Positions 1 through 15,329 of a stretch of DNA of 64,000 bases are shown here, one piece after another. The stretch is taken from assembly GCA_965153285.1 (NCBI GenBank), contig OZ229119.1. One strand, 5' to 3'. The translations under genes and the position numbers were made by a program. The notes beneath the pieces are model-generated. The model was not told where the DNA came from and searched no databases. It worked only from the letters and a program-made list of their open reading frames with translations. The stretch's first letter is position 1, and each line of letters opens with the position of its first letter. This DNA is from Podarcis tiliguerta (lineage: Eukaryota).

Positions 1-3000
1 GTGTGAGACTTGACCCTTTTGAAATGAAAAGTAATGTCTGAAGTAGCCCCTGGTCTAATGACTGGGAAGCACTGCAGTCGGGTCCTAATGCATTCACCAA
101 AACAGAACTTCTTACACTGGAGCTTGTATTGCAAATTCAAAGTCTGCGGACTAATCTGAAGCAGGTGAAGGCAGCATCAACCCCTGGATTGTGTCCCCTT
201 TCAAACCTCCCTCTGCCCCACCCCACTGACTTACAGGTGAATTGCCCCAGAGGACTCCCCTGATTACTTGGGCACCTTCAACAGGGTAGCGGGAGATGGC
301 CCATCCGCAGATACAGCAGCAGTAATCTATACATGGGGACCATGGCTTCATCAGCTGAAAAGATTGTGACTTTGACCACGGAAATCATTCTGAGTCACTG
401 CAACTGTATCCGTAGCTGAGTGACTCTTGCCATGGCTCTGGATGCATTAAGTGGAGTCTAGTTTGACCACATGAAAATATGTGGCTTCCTCACTTGGTTT
501 CCTCATATGAGACCTCAGTTTCCTTTAGCCCAGCAAGTTTTATTGCTCTGCCTGTAGTTCACCAAGGGCCTTGGCCTGAGATCTTTCCCAGCCCCATCTC
601 AGATAAGGGGGATTGACAATGGAACCGTCTGTGTACATTTCATGTGCTCTGTGCACAGCTATGGACCCTCCCTGCCCCACATGAACAAGCTTGTGAAAAT
701 TCTTTATGGAGATTACTTACATTTTTCTCTTATCTGTAGTCCTCAAGTAGAGCTGCTCTTCCCTCTTCTTCAGGGATTGATTAAGAGGTAGAAATAACTG
801 CATACATGGTACTTTCTCACTTCTGTTTTCTCTAAGCCATGGATTTCTGTGTAGGTATTTGGGAAAGATCTGGCAATCTTCCGTAGGCAGTGTGTGCTGC
901 CCCATGGCCATTATTTTCCAAAACATCCCCCATGTTCGGTATTTATTGCAACAGCATTGTAGTGGTATACCTGTCTGATACTAAGGCCATGTGTAATAAA
1001 GCCATTTTATAGTGTCGTCCATGGTTAAAGTGTACCATCTAATTGGGCCATCTCGGAGGCAGGCAAGGTGGGGAATTTGTCGGAATCCCCAGAACAGCCT
1101 TTGGCAACTGGGTGCCCTCCAGATGTTTTGGACCACAACTCTCATCAGCCCCATCTGAGACCGACAAAGAGACCTCTGTGCACAACAACGTTGTGCTTCT
1201 TTCTTTGACTTCCAGCTTTGCACATCCCGTTTCATTCAGGTAGATCCAATGAGGGACCCCCAAGGCCAGCCCTGGATGCAGTGGACTAATTGATGTCATC
1301 GGCTGTGATTGAGAGCTGTGCCTGCTATGCACTGAAGTTTCCTTTTTTGCTTTTTAGAAGCTAAGAAATCTACAACAAAATGGAGTGCTCCTGTTTAGTG
1401 TACCAGCCAGCCGTTCCATTCCATTCCCCTTCCCCCCAAGTTTTCATTTCTCACCCAACAGGCTCAACAGGCACATAGCCCTCTCTCCCTACTTCTGTAA
1501 ATCTTGGGGTTTCTCAAAGCATGCTAATAACTCCCTCTTGTTTCTAAGCCAGGCAATTCCCGGTTTAGGCACATCCAATATGTGCACAACCGTGCACATG
1601 CGCACAGCGCTGAACCCAAAAACGACCCCCCAAAGTCATAAAGACATCACTGAAACATCACTAAAAGGTTGAAATGGGGTGGAGCAGAGGCAGGGGCAGA
1701 ACAGGGTGTTTGCAGGCTTTTTAAATGGGTGTTTGATGACATGTGATTTCACACATTGACCTGGAATGCAACCTGTGCACCAACAGGGAGTTGTCTGCTG
1801 TCCTGTTTTTGGCTTGTGTTGTAACTCTGCACTTCAGTTTGCTGTTGGCATATATCACCTCTTTGCTAAAGGGCACTGAATTCTGCTTAGCCAGGAAGTT
1901 CTACAAGTAACTTTTTGGAGGGCAAAATTTTGTACCCACCATATGCCCAGTCCACCTGAATAAAAACCAAACTAATTTCACCTCAGTCAGATGTTCACAC
2001 TTGAAACATTATACAGTGCTCCCATTGCTTTGTCAAGTCATCTGTTCTTAAACTTTTATAATAGCTGTTTGTCTCATAAAGTTCTCTTTTGTTATTTGAG
2101 CTAATGTATACCACCTACTTATAATGGACAAATACGGTTTAGACCTCTCTTAGCACATAGCACAGGTATGAAACTCCAAAGTGTAAAAACTGCCCTTCGT
2201 TCAGGGAGTGTTGGGAGGCAAGGGAGCGCCAGCTGGATACTGGAGCCAGGTGTCAGTCAACGTATCCTGGGTAGAGGGAAATCAGAATTAGAAGTTATTT
2301 GCCTCCCAAACTCTTGGTATCCAGAAAAGCAAAACTCCTGTTTCACAGACCAATCCAAAGTGCTGGTCAATAAAAGTCCAAAATAGTTTGGGACTAGGAT
2401 GTTGACAAGGTCATTTTCTCACACAAGATCCTGCCTACTTATTCACATCTTTGGTTGATGCTCTGGGTCAGGATCCCAATGGCTATTGGACATCCTGGCC
2501 TGGGGGCCTATTCTGGCACTTTTCTCTGTTGATATTTAGATTTCCGATGGAGACTTGTTTGTTCCAACCCAGAGAAGATCTTAACTATATTTTATCAGCT
2601 CAAGTTGAGTTGACTCTTCAATTTTGTTGTGGGTGGGTGTGCTGCTGACGCTGTTTTAATTTTATTAATTTTAAATATCACTTTATATTTTATTGAGATC
2701 TTATAAAATGGTGGAAGTTACTCAGTGTGGCAGGATACACATATATTTTTAATAAATAAGTAAATTTGTCTTCCTTTTCTCTCTTTCCCTAAAGAACAAG
2801 GTATGGTTATTTCTAGTTTCCCCCAAAGTGAAGACCTTTGCTTTCTTAATAGCCTCCCTGGGCAACATGTTGCCTGCAATGCCTTATCACTGCTTATCAC
2901 TGCTGAGATACAACAAGGGGATTGGGGGAAATACCACTAGTTTTCATCATACACCATTTCACTGTTCATTTCCAAAGCACCTTCATGTTTATTACTGCCA

Positions 3001-6000
3001 CCACTCAACATTTGTCAAATGATTATTTTTTTCCATTAAACCTTGCAGATAACACACCCCTCTATGTCAACTGAGGCTCGCATCAGTTTCCTTTCAAATC
3101 TGGGACACCCAATTTCATCCTTCAAAGATTAACGTGTTATTAACATGTCAATAGTGCTTCTCTGTGTCTGATTGGGGTTTCTGTCTCTGCTGTTATGCAT
3201 TTATTGAACCTGGGGGAGGATGCCCATAGTTCCCTGGACAAGAACACATTTCCAACATTTTGAACTGATCAAGAGTGAAAGGGCCAGGAGCAAGGAGTCC
3301 TGATTATTGGCTGGTATTCAGAGCTGAGAGGAAGACCTCACTAGTCCCACATGAACAGCACGGAAAGCATGGATAAAACTCTGTTCTGATTATGCAGAAC
3401 AGAATTTATTTCTATTTGTTTGTTTGTTTATTCATAAAAGTATTTCTGTACTGCTGTCTCATAAAATATCAGGGTAGTGTCCAACAATGTGGAGAACATA
3501 GAACCTATTAAAACAGTACAAATTTGGAGTGAGAAGCCGCCGTCTTCATGATGGACCTCTGGAGGGTCTCTCCTGCGCAGACAGACCAGCCTCAGCCTCT
3601 AGATGCCACTTGGAGCGCCAGCCATGCCCTGACAATCAGTGTCCGTCTGGAGGCAGCCCTGCATGTGGAAAGGTCTCTCTCCATGGAGACTTGAACCTTA
3701 ATTGAAAAGTTTTGCATCCCATGGAGGGAGCCCCATGTGACTCCATACTTCCAGGCTGATGTCACTTCCATGATGGCTGTGGTGCATCTAGGGGTCAAGG
3801 TTAGCCCACGCCTGAATGGATGTTCATATGGAATGCCTGAAAAGGGCTTCTGTCAGAGCCTCTTTTTGTCTTCAAGCTATGTATTACATAAGCCCTTGCC
3901 TGCCTTTTCTGTGGGATGGTGTCTGAGAATGATGTCATCAAGGGCAGCATCAGGGACCAGAGATGAAATACTTGGTGGAGAAAAACAGTTTAGCCTTGGG
4001 GCTGCCCATTGTCTAGGGCAGAAAGGCTGGTGAAAGTTTCAGCATGAAATGGCACATTTTGGAAGCATGGTTATAACATAACTTTTCATAACTCTAGAGT
4101 GGTTCATGGAAGCTACTTTAAAGTTTCTCAAAAATCTGAGTCTGAGACTTTCCCAATTGAATTTTGATTGTGTGACTGGAATCTCTCTTGTATCATGTGT
4201 AGCCATATTGGTTATTAAATTGCTGCTGTTGTTTTCATTTCTTTTTCTTTTTTGGAGATGGGGGAGGTTGTTAAAACTCTTTATTTTAACTAATAAATGT
4301 CTACATTTATTCAGCTAATTTAACTGACATTGAGTAATTCTTCATATCACACGCACCAGTCAAATCTGTACATAGAGGACCAATTTCCATCCTCCATTAC
4401 ATTTGTGTGTCCAGCGCTCCCAGCCTGGGAGAGAGAGACTAATAGTCAGCTGTAAATTGCAAACTCATCAGGGCAGCGACCGGTCTTTTACTTATCTTAC
4501 TCTGCAAAATGTTTTTGCTCATTGATGCCTCTCTCTAATAATAATACTACTAATAATAATGATAATAATAATAATATTTATGCATTGGAGGTACAGGCTG
4601 CCCCAACACAAGAGTTTCTTGCAGATAAGACAACATTGTTTGTTTTTTAAAAATTTATACTCCACCCTTCATTGTTAAACAATCTCAGGATGGGCCACAA
4701 CATACAACATACATGAAGTTAAAATCAGATACAAAATTACAGAGCAAATGAATCACTGTATAAAACTCAGCATACACCACTGTCACATGGGCCAAATCTG
4801 TTTACTCAAAAGGTCTGATGGAAATTGAAATGTTTTCACTTGCCACCCAAAACTGCACAGTGTTGATGATGATCTAACCTCCAGGATAAGAATGTTTCAC
4901 ATCCGGGATGCCATCACCAAGAAGGCCCTATTATGAGTTCTAAAAGGCTGAGCCTTGCTTGGTAATCACGCAATGAGAAGAACTTCCCTGGTAGATCTCA
5001 AGTAACAGACAGGATGTTACAGTATTTAATTATGGGTGAAATCCAACTAAGTTATACATGCAGTTAATCCACTGAAATCACTGGATCTACTTGAGTGTGA
5101 TTAATCTTGGGCAGAACCCCAATATTTTACTCCTTTAATCTGCCAAGGAAGCCTCGATATGGTACTGGCAAATATAGGGAAACAGCAAAAAAAAAAAAAA
5201 AAAAAAGGAAATTGCTCAACATGTTTCAATGGAAACCTTCAGGTGCACAAAATTTAAATTTCTCAAGTTAACTAGCAAGGTAGTGTTGCCTTACCATAAT
5301 AACAGGACTAGTCCATCACTGTTGACTGCCTCTTTTATTTGCTCAGATTTAAAGCAGTTGCCATTTACCTCTAAGCTTTGTGAATTATATGCCCCCATTT
5401 TTGGGTGTGTATTCAGTGTCATGGGGCAAGCATGTGGACTACTACCTGCACCGGCAAGGAACTCTGGCTGCAGCAGGCTGACAGTTGCCACCCTATGAAG
5501 TCTGCTCCACAGAGGTTTCTCCCTGGTGACCATAACCTGCAGATATGATGGCTCAAGATATTTTGGTGCCAAAAGATTGAAAGAGCCAAATGAAGGGGTC
5601 CTTTAATCTCAGCACCTGTCCTAGTGGTTAAAAATAAATGATTGACATTTGCAACCCTCAAAACTGTCACCTGAAATGGGATACCTCACCCTTACAATAA
5701 AGGCCAGCCTTGATAATATGTAGACCAGACCCGAAGAATCCACAAAGAGCTTTGTAACCTGGTTAGGATCACCCAGGTTAGTAAAATGGTTATCCTCTTA
5801 ATGTAGAGTAATTTATAAATTCTGAAATAAAATAATAAATAAAACCAGTATAAAATAACTGCTCTGTTAAGGCAGATTTATCATTACACCTGCTGGGGAA
5901 GAAATTTAGTAACCTCTTAGCGGGGAAAAGGGCAATTATGCTGAAAAGCTTTTCAGGTTTTATTATTGACAACTTTACATTAATTAATACAGCTGTGAAA

Positions 6001-6368
6001 ACCATTTGTTGCACAGAATGTAACCATAATATACAACATAGAAATGCGGTCTAAGTAAATTACAACAAGGAATTACAAAAAGTCTCATTAGAAAGAAAGC
6101 CACCAAACATGGCAGCCGACCTTCCGCTCACTGCGGAGTCAACATGGTGGCACAGCAACATCCCTTAGAACAGTTAATCACAGAAGGCTCTAAATTTGTT
6201 CTAAAGAGAACATCACTATATACTGTACAGTCCTCAAAAATAATTTATTACACTGTTTCTAGAAAAGAAAAGCTAGTCTTTTTTTAAAAAAAATGTTCTT
6301 TTTCCAGAGTCCACAGGAAATGTGCAATTCTTCCCAGCTGTCTAGGAATGCCAGCGCCAGCTGTATGA

Positions 6369-6442
6369 TCACAGAGATGAGGTGGTGGAATCCACAACTT
6401 CTCTTCCATTGCAGACGGTTGGCACATACACATTAGCAGAGG
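6369..6442 (-). CDS. GRM3: GRM3 last coding exon (exon 6) with PDZ-binding C-terminus
   Basis: Not in the ORF track; read manually. tctttcag|CC TCT GCT AAT GTG TAT GTG CCA ACC GTC TGC AAT GGA AGA GAA GTT GTG GAT TCC ACC ACC TCA TCT CTG TGA = (A)SANVYVPTVCNGREVVDSTTSSL*. The five exons sum to 2634 nt = 877 aa plus stop. Confidence 0.95.
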
Positions 6443-8348
6443 CTGAAAGAGAAACATTGCCAGGAGCTACAGAGAGTTTTTAATACAAGTGCAAATAGCA
6501 CTTGGTCTTGAAATGATGAAGAGGAGAACTAAATGCCTTAACACCAGACAGATGATAATACCGAAACAGCCATTAGGACTGCATAATAGTAGGGCATCCT
6601 ATTTAAAATGTGGGGTTTTTTGGGGGGGGTTATTGGGTTGTTGCTTTCATTTTGATTATATATTTTGTGGTTTTATATTCTTATTTTGTTCTGTGAACCG
6701 CCCTGAGACCTTCGGGTATAGGGTGGTATATAAATTCAATAAATTCAATAATAAATAATAAATGTAGGCCACAGTTTCAAAAATACCATAAATCTGAAGT
6801 ATGGAATCCTGAGAATTGCAGTGGCTAGAGATTTTTAGCAAATAAGTCTCAGCACTTTCAAAATCCTCTGGCTTATGTAATGCCTCTTATCAGTAATCCA
6901 GTAATCAGTTGCTTTCAGTTTATTAGAGCCCAGTCAAAGGAAGATTTGCCCCCGTCTTGGGCTGGGTGAGTTCAGGTGCTCACTTCCAGTCTCTTGCCTC
7001 AGAAGACATCAGGGAGAGCTGTCCCTTGGCAACTGCAATCAAGGCAGGATCTGTCCCCCTCATGGCCTGAGCACCATTCAGCTGCTCAGATCTACTCCCT
7101 CACCTAGATGGCCGCTGAAGGGTGAAGACCAAGGATGAGGGAGGGAAGGGTTGCCCCAGGGGGCTGCTGGGCACCTTAGAAGCAACATGTTATTGAGCTA
7201 GAGCTTGCTTTTCTTGTGCAAGACACTTTTAAAGCCTCTCGGGGATAAAAAGTGAGAAATAAGTATTGCAAGTAAGTAAATCAATTGTTCAATCAAACTA
7301 CCACTGGTTCAGTTGACTGATCTACCAATTAAACCCCCCACACCTAGCTTTTACAGATATAAATTGAAGGTGATGCTTGTCCAAAGGAACTCAATGAATT
7401 CTTGCACTGTGTATCCAGGACTCTTATCAGCTGGATCATGCAGGCTTTGAGCATGTGTTTTGTGTGCGTGTTTAAGGGTTGAAAGAAAATATAAAGGGAA
7501 TACCCTTATTTTCTCTCACATCCATATACCAGTTGTTTCTCCGGTACTGTTTGTTAACAACTGCGTGGGAGGCAGAAATTCAGCAGGTGAAGGGCTTTGT
7601 CCATCCTGCATGCTGGTGCCTGACCAGCCCCCCTTAGATTCCTGCCTCTTCTGTGGCTCTTAGCAAGCTGCTTGCTGAGCTGGTTGCTTTATAAGTGTCT
7701 TTAGAAAACAACCTAGTTGCGCCTGTCCCATTTCTGGAACTTGGGGTTTTTAAAAATAAAAATAAAACCAATGCTGGTTTTTTATTGCTTGCTTTCAACC
7801 AGAGGCGGATTTAGAGGAGCGCAACAGGTTCCTCTGGACTGGGTGCTGGGCAAAGGGGGCACTGCAGGGCATCACAATATGATGCAGTGAATTGAGCAGA
7901 ACGGAAGGGGAAAGATGGGCAGGGCAGTCTTTGCCTTGCACAGGGTGCTGCTGAAATGTGAAAGACCCAAGTCCCCCCCTGTTTCAATACTGGGTGTTTC
8001 AGTTGCGACTTCCCACCCGCATTAGCGCTGTTTATTTCAAAATTCAATTACCGTAAACCACGACCAGGAAATCGCAGCCTCCTGGGACCAAATGTGTTCC
8101 TCCAGGCATGTCCAGCCTGGCTGGAAAATGTCCTCAAATAAAGTGTCTTACTTTGTTGAGGGGGGGGGTCATGTTATATGCCCTTGCACATGGCAACTAG
8201 CCTCCTGCACAAAGGTAGAATTCACACGTGCTTCTCTGCCCACTTTTGTCTCTGCCTGCTCCCCCCACCCCACCAAGTGATGGAGAAATGAGGAGAGCAA
8301 GAATGGGGGGGGGGGGCTCTGAAGGCAGCAGCCATGATCTTTAATTAC

Positions 8349-8523
8349 CTTGGGAATAAGTGGTTCCTGTTCCGCTGACGCTGAACCTGTTGAGATGCAG
8401 CCTGTGCGTGACCACATTCTTCTGTGGCTGGAAGAGGACAATATGCACTTTGGGGGCAAACAGACACCCCAAGACAACAAAGCCGCTGAGACTTACGGAG
8501 ATGCACATGGTTGTGGTCTGAAC
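8349..8523 (-). CDS. GRM3: GRM3 exon 5 (175 nt): TM7 and proximal C-tail
   Basis: VQTTTMCISVSLSGFVVLGCLFAPKVHIVLFQPQKNVVTHRLHLNRFSVSGTGTTYSQ. Acceptor catgcag|GTT, donor CAAG|gtaatt. Confidence 0.96.
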
Positions 8524-9015
8524 CTGCATGGAGAAAAACCGGAAGGGTCAGCAGGAATGAATTCTGAATTCCCAATACAAACACAATATCAGACCAGAGG
8601 CCCCTCGAACCCTGCGGCCAATGGGATGCCTATGGGAAACTCACAAGCAGGCTGGGAACACAACAGCACTCATGCTGCCATCATGATGAGCAGCCTTATT
8701 CTCCAGACATACAGGAAGACAAACTCAATTCCTTTTGGAACATAGGAGCAGAAGACCAAAAATATGTCCCAGTGAATCAGATCAAGAGTTCATGTAGTCC
8801 AGCATGAACAATCCCCAACAATAGTTAAATGCCTTCACACCCTGCTTGAAATTTTCCTGCAAGCAACAGACTTTTACTATTGTTTGTCCTTGAGCCATTA
8901 AAATTCAGACCCAAGCTGCCGCTGAATAGTATTGACCAAATTTTCACCCAAGTGCTTATACTTCCAACTTCCATCTCATATATGCTTTCCCTCCAGCACT
9001 ACAAAGATGACATCC

Positions 9016-9096
9016 AGCTCTTTCGGTAGAGCATGAGACAGTTAATCTTAGGGTCATGGGTTTGAGCCCCACATTAGGCAAAAAGATTCCTGCATT
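9016..9096 (+). mobile_element. Degenerate tRNA-Lys-derived SINE head joined to a CR1-like tail
   Basis: AGCTC..TCGGTAGAGCATGAGAC..TTAATCTTAGGGTCATGGGTTTGAGCCCCACATTAGGC resembles tRNA-Lys(CTT). It is followed by AGATTCCTGCA, also seen in the CR1 tail at about 38373. Confidence 0.65.
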
Positions 9097-9535
9097 TACT
9101 TGTGTAAATGTAATGACCTTACTCTCATGCTAAGTGCCAAACTTTGTGTGATGTTAAGTGTGTTTAAATTGTGTAAATGTCAAGTGTGAGAGAACCCAAT
9201 CAGGTTCAGAACTGCAGGTTTCATTTTCTTCCTACACCAACATCGCCCCAACAAAATTGTCCCCCAAAGCTGCTGTTTGTCTTGGGAGGGAAACTGGGGT
9301 GGTGGCGTGATTTTTCATTTGGACCACAGTTAAGGGAGAAGAAAGGTTAACCCCGCCTCTCCTTGAACCCAAAGCCCCAATCCTGCATTAGCATCCTGTG
9401 TATTCTGGCCTAAGAAGCAGCGGCTGAGACTCTCCTGTTCCATGATACACTGCTCCCTATCCACTACACATAAAAACAGCAGACTTTCATTGGTTAATCT
9501 GAGCAGAATATTTAATATTACACTGGATCTGGCTA

Positions 9536-10660
<1,125 letters not shown>

Positions 10661-12084
10661 CTATGCATTTGCCCTTCTTTTCAATGTGCATAAACAATCA
10701 ATTTCATTTTTTGTCAACAGAGCTTCAACAAACCTAAAACCAGCAAAGAAATAATTTTGCATAAACTAATCTTCTAATCATTTGTACAGAGTTTATGGTG
10801 TTGTTTGTTTTTTACTTACAATTTGGTTCTACCTTTATTACCATTCCATGTCAGAATATGAAGAATTAGCTATGGTTAACAGCATATAGCATGAGCTTAG
10901 CTGTCTTGATGAAACAGACTCAGATATTCCAACAAAGAGTCATCAAAGTGTTGTGCCTCAAAAAGGACGGCCCTCAAAATAAACGGTTGAGGCTTCCTTC
11001 AGACATCCTGGATGTTACAGCTCTGATGACTATTTGCATCTGTGATGCAGCCCCATATACTTACAACAGCATCACGGCTGCAAGGAGCCCTGGGATGTGT
11101 AGTTCCAGGTGCCTGACATTCCAATTAAGAGTTCTCACCTATGGCAAACAGGATACTCCCAAGGTCTTTCAGGCACAGGATGCTTCTTCTGGAGTACTAG
11201 AGAGGAATGGAGACCTTGCAAAGAGGCCTCTCCATGGCTGTCATAATTGCTGCTCTAACCACTAAGTTTGGGGTGATGGAAAGAGGCAGCGGAGGACCCC
11301 ATGGGTGTGGCAGCTGGGGCAGCAGGAAGGGATGGGAGAGGTGTTCATGCCTCATAATCCCAATTATGTCTACTTTTACAGCAGAATGGAGAATTGTTAC
11401 TCATTTCTGGAGCATGATTCAGAAACAATTGCCTCAGCTACGCCGTAGCTTCCTGAGAAACTACATTTTCTGCACATTCAACTCACAATTTTGAGTTGGG
11501 GAAGGTATGCTGTTCTCTCTGTCTTATACCCTCACACTCAACACATCCAAGGTTTTGCAATAATGAATTTTGCATGGATCATGAAGAACACGGGTGTCAT
11601 GGGCAGAAGCAACCTTCCCCCCATTGGCCACGAAGCTGCAGCCAAAATTGTCTTGAGGAACTGGTCACATTTTCAGATAACATTTTTAGACACGTTGTTA
11701 ACATCTGTGAGGGATACACCTTAAAAATATATATTGTCCCTTAGCCTTTCTCTACAGCAAGATGTCTGGCCACAAGACTGAGTCCTGCTATCTGGATTAA
11801 GCAACTGTTGACAAACAGATCATCCTTGCCGAGTTTTTAGAACTTTCCTTTCTCTAGCTGTGGATGTTCAGCTCCTCAGAGTAGATGTTCCACACACGGA
11901 GCAGAACCAACTCTGCAACTCTCCCTCCTGCTCTTTCCCTTAGTCAGACTATCGGCTTCTCTCTCCTTTTATTCTCCCTCCCAAAGTGCTGGCTCCACCC
12001 CCTTCTGACTAACTCTCTTGGCAGCCAATCAGAGAGAGGTGCCAGCCCTCTGGTGGAATTCTGTGGCACTGCACCCCCAGGCTC

Positions 12085-12513
12085 TGTTAAAGATATATGC
12101 TTAATGTGCATAAAATGCTGTGCTTGAATATATTGTATTTGAAATGCTAGAAAGAGAAGTTTACATTAGGAGTTTAACTATAGTAAACATGCTAAGGAAC
12201 GGTTGGGTGTTGAATGTTTCTGTTTGAGGGTTTAGGGCAGCAGGAAATGTTGGAGGGGATGTTCTGTTATGATGAACAAGTTTATTATCTCTCTCTGGGA
12301 CCAGAGAGGGGAAAGTTTACTGAACTGCATTAAGGACTAAAAAAGAAGATGGGACTGCATTGCTTGCTTGTTTAAGCATAAATTATAACTGTGTATCTTT
12401 ATAATGTTTATATGTAGCTATTTTAAAGTAAAGCTTTGAAACTTTGGAGGGCAAATTCATTTCTACTCTGCACAAGGGTCAGGTCAGGGGTACCATTTGC
12501 AGCAACTCTAACA
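12085..12513 (+). mobile_element. Possible old solo LTR
   Basis: TGTTAAAG...CTCTAACA termini (7/8 inverted match) and AGTAAA near the 3' end. No TSD. Confidence 0.3.
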
Positions 12514-14151
12514 ATCTGAACTGAAGAAACGTTAATCTTAATTTTGTATTTCATTTCCATTGGTTGCCATTCCAATTTGCATTTACTTTTTTATTTTTGG
12601 TGTGTCAGGGGGAGGAATTATGACAATATAATTAAAACGGGGGAAAAGGAATCAAAACTCAACATAGATTTTTTTTTTTTTAAGAAACATAATTATGTTT
12701 CATTTATAATTCCCAGACTGAAGGAACCTACTCTGAGATTTTAAACACTGATGCCTTGGGGTTGATAAGAGTCATTTAATTTGAAGTTATTCACTGTGGG
12801 AAATAACTTGCACAAAAGGAAGGAAGCATTGCAAGATAATTTATGCTAGCAATCAAATTCTAATTACAAAGGAAATTAAAAGCCCATTCCCCCTCTCCCC
12901 CCCCCACAGCCTCACGCCACCTCTGGGCCTTTTGGAAAACCACTGCGTGATCCTTAAAAAGTTCCTCTGATGCACAGTTCTGTGAAGTGGATGGAACGTG
13001 GGCCTGCAAATGTGTTTAGAGAGCCATACTTCATAGTAGGACCTAGTTCTGTGAAGATTGATTTATAGCCTCGTTAAAGCAGCTAGCAATGCTCAGCCCA
13101 CAGAACTTGATGATCTGACAAAACGTGTTGTTTCACTCTGCCTTCACTGTGTACTCCGCCTTCATTGAGCACTTCTGACTGTGCTCAAAGGAAAATCCAT
13201 AGTCTGGTTCAAGAATGAGGCTGGTTCAGACTTTTGCCTTCACAGTAACATCCTTTGTGTGCTGGGAAAAAGACTCACAACTCGGGAGCAAGTGCAGCTG
13301 ACACCACTCAAAGGATGGAATCAGGTGTGAGCCACACTCTTTCATCCTTGCCAAAATGGGAAAAGATAGCCATTAATGAAGTGAGTCACACAAATTGGCA
13401 TGTGCAAATTCCGGTTCACATATGGTGTCTTTTGTGTGGAACTGTGTCCACTTCTCAGGCCCACTCCCCTCAGCTCAAAAGATCATGCCTAAATTGTCCC
13501 CTGCATGCACGTGGCTTGACTGCAGCACGAAACAAGGCCAGGCATAGTTATGGCAGACTGTTTGACATTCCTCTAAACCCCCAACACTCATCAGGTGGAA
13601 GTAGGGACATTTCTCACTCCCCCCCCCCCATGACCCTCCTTGACTGCCCAATTTGCACAGAGCATTGCCACCAACGCTATACCCCCAAGGGTACAGCACA
13701 CTCTCCACTGTCCTGAGAAAGCCCCTTAATCCTGATGGTATTTTATTCTTTGTTGGATTTACAAAAAGAAAAACACCCACCAATAAATAAATATTTCTGT
13801 CCAGCCAAGCAAGTGGCATGATCAGAGGCCAAGGCTACATTCTAGCTGGGTAAAAGCACCCAAAGAGGGTGCCAAGCAAGGCAGGTGAAGTGGAGAGGGC
13901 CACACTGGGCATCCCATCCCAGAGTTCTTCACATCTGGCTTAGATGGCAGAGATGGCTTTTAAATTTCTTAAAGGATGGATCTATCAACAGCTGTGTGCA
14001 GCAATTACTGAATGAAAACATCATGTTCAGAGATGGTATAACAGTTGTTTGGGATAAACACAAAAATGACTCGTAGGCCATGACTGGAAATAGAATACAG
14101 GACTAAATGGGTGTTTGGTCTGTTTTAGAAGGGCTTTTCTTATAGAAAACA

Positions 14152-14154
<3 letters not shown>

Positions 14155-14191
<37 letters not shown>
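14155..14191. repeat. (TAA)n microsatellite
   Basis: Read directly; it forms the tail of the minus-strand LINE fragment. Confidence 0.9.
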
Positions 14192-14194
<3 letters not shown>

Positions 14195-14781
14195 TTATAT
14201 ACTGCCCATCTGACTGGATTTGCCCCAGTCACTCTGGGTAGCTTCCAGCAAATTAAGGAAGGTAATGCCATACAGGTAAAGAAATCCCCAGGGGCAGCAA
14301 GCGATAAACAGAAGTCAGCTTGTACTTCTCCTCCTTCTCTTCCTCCTCCTCCTCCTAGGAATGAAAGCAGGTGTGCTCAAAATGCTGCCCTTGCTAGACA
14401 GCGAGGGAGCCTGCAGATGGCACCAGAGAATAGGGCTGCGTCTCTGCCGTGTAACTAAAGGAAACGAAAGGAAAGGAAATTGCACTCTTGGGAACTGGAG
14501 CTGGATTTGGTGAAGGGGACACTTTTTACCGCAAGCTGTCTTGGAAGGATTTGGGAGAGTTAGTCTGCTCTGAGCAGTTTGCTTCTTTATCCTCGGTAGC
14601 CAAAATTGCAACTGTCTCCCACAAGTGAAATAGGGTGAGAGAGGGAGGAAAAAGAAGAAATGTAGCCCCCCCCCACCCTTTAAGTTCTGTTTTTCCTGTC
14701 CCCTTCTGAAACAGGGCCGCCTTCTGCAATGTTCTGGCGGTTCCCTCATTGCGAGAAGTGAGGTTACAGGGAACCAGACAG

Positions 14782-14947
14782 AGGGCCTTCTCGGGAAGCA
14801 GCTATCTTATCTTTAAAAGACATCTGAAGGCAGCCCTGTTTAGGGAAGTTTTTAATATTTAATGCTGTACTGTTTTTAACACTCGATTGGAAGCCACCCA
14901 GAGTGGTTGGGGGAAGCTCAGCCAGATGGACAGGGTATGAATAATAA

Positions 14948-15003
<56 letters not shown>
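14782..15003 (+). mobile_element. LINE 3'-end fragment (L2-like) with (TTA)n tail. Related copies: 29885-30037 (+), 58878-59010 (-), 14155-14248 (-); weaker match 6690-6762 (+).
   Basis: Shared AGACATCTGAAGGCAGC...CCCAGAGTGG..GGGGAA..CAGCCAGATGG..GGGTAT.AATAATAAA across the copies. The L2 family assignment is from memory. Confidence 0.6.
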
Positions 15004-15004
<1 letters not shown>

Positions 15005-15329
15005 GGAGGCAGCACTACAGCCGCCTGCCAGCTTTGCTCATTGGCTTTGTGGGTGCCTGGTCCCCATAATTATATCATTGTGGGTGCCCAAGCACCCACA
15101 GTCCCCTAGAGTGGCACCTATATTCCTTGATGGCTGTTTATCTGATATACACTTTTGTTGCATTCACACATTTCAATTTAAACATCTTTGTTGTATGTGT
15201 GAACATGTGTGACGTGCCTATAATTGTGGCTCAACATGGTCTAAAGAATTGCTCCCAGGTTCCACTTCCTCTTGACTTGAGTCTGTGCAGAATCCAGGCA
15301 GAGGCATCTAAGAGATTTTAACAAGATGT

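Noticed and set aside
1-5800. Exons of a neighbouring gene downstream of GRM3
   Set aside because: No recognisable protein motifs or convincing exon structure; the short ORFs look random.
9016-9080. Functional tRNA-Lys gene
   Set aside because: The acceptor stem is missing, the anticodon arm and B box are mutated, and it runs into a LINE-like tail, so it is a SINE relic.
14764-15212. Poly-Ile and poly-Leu ORFs
   Set aside because: They are translations of the (TTA)n microsatellite.
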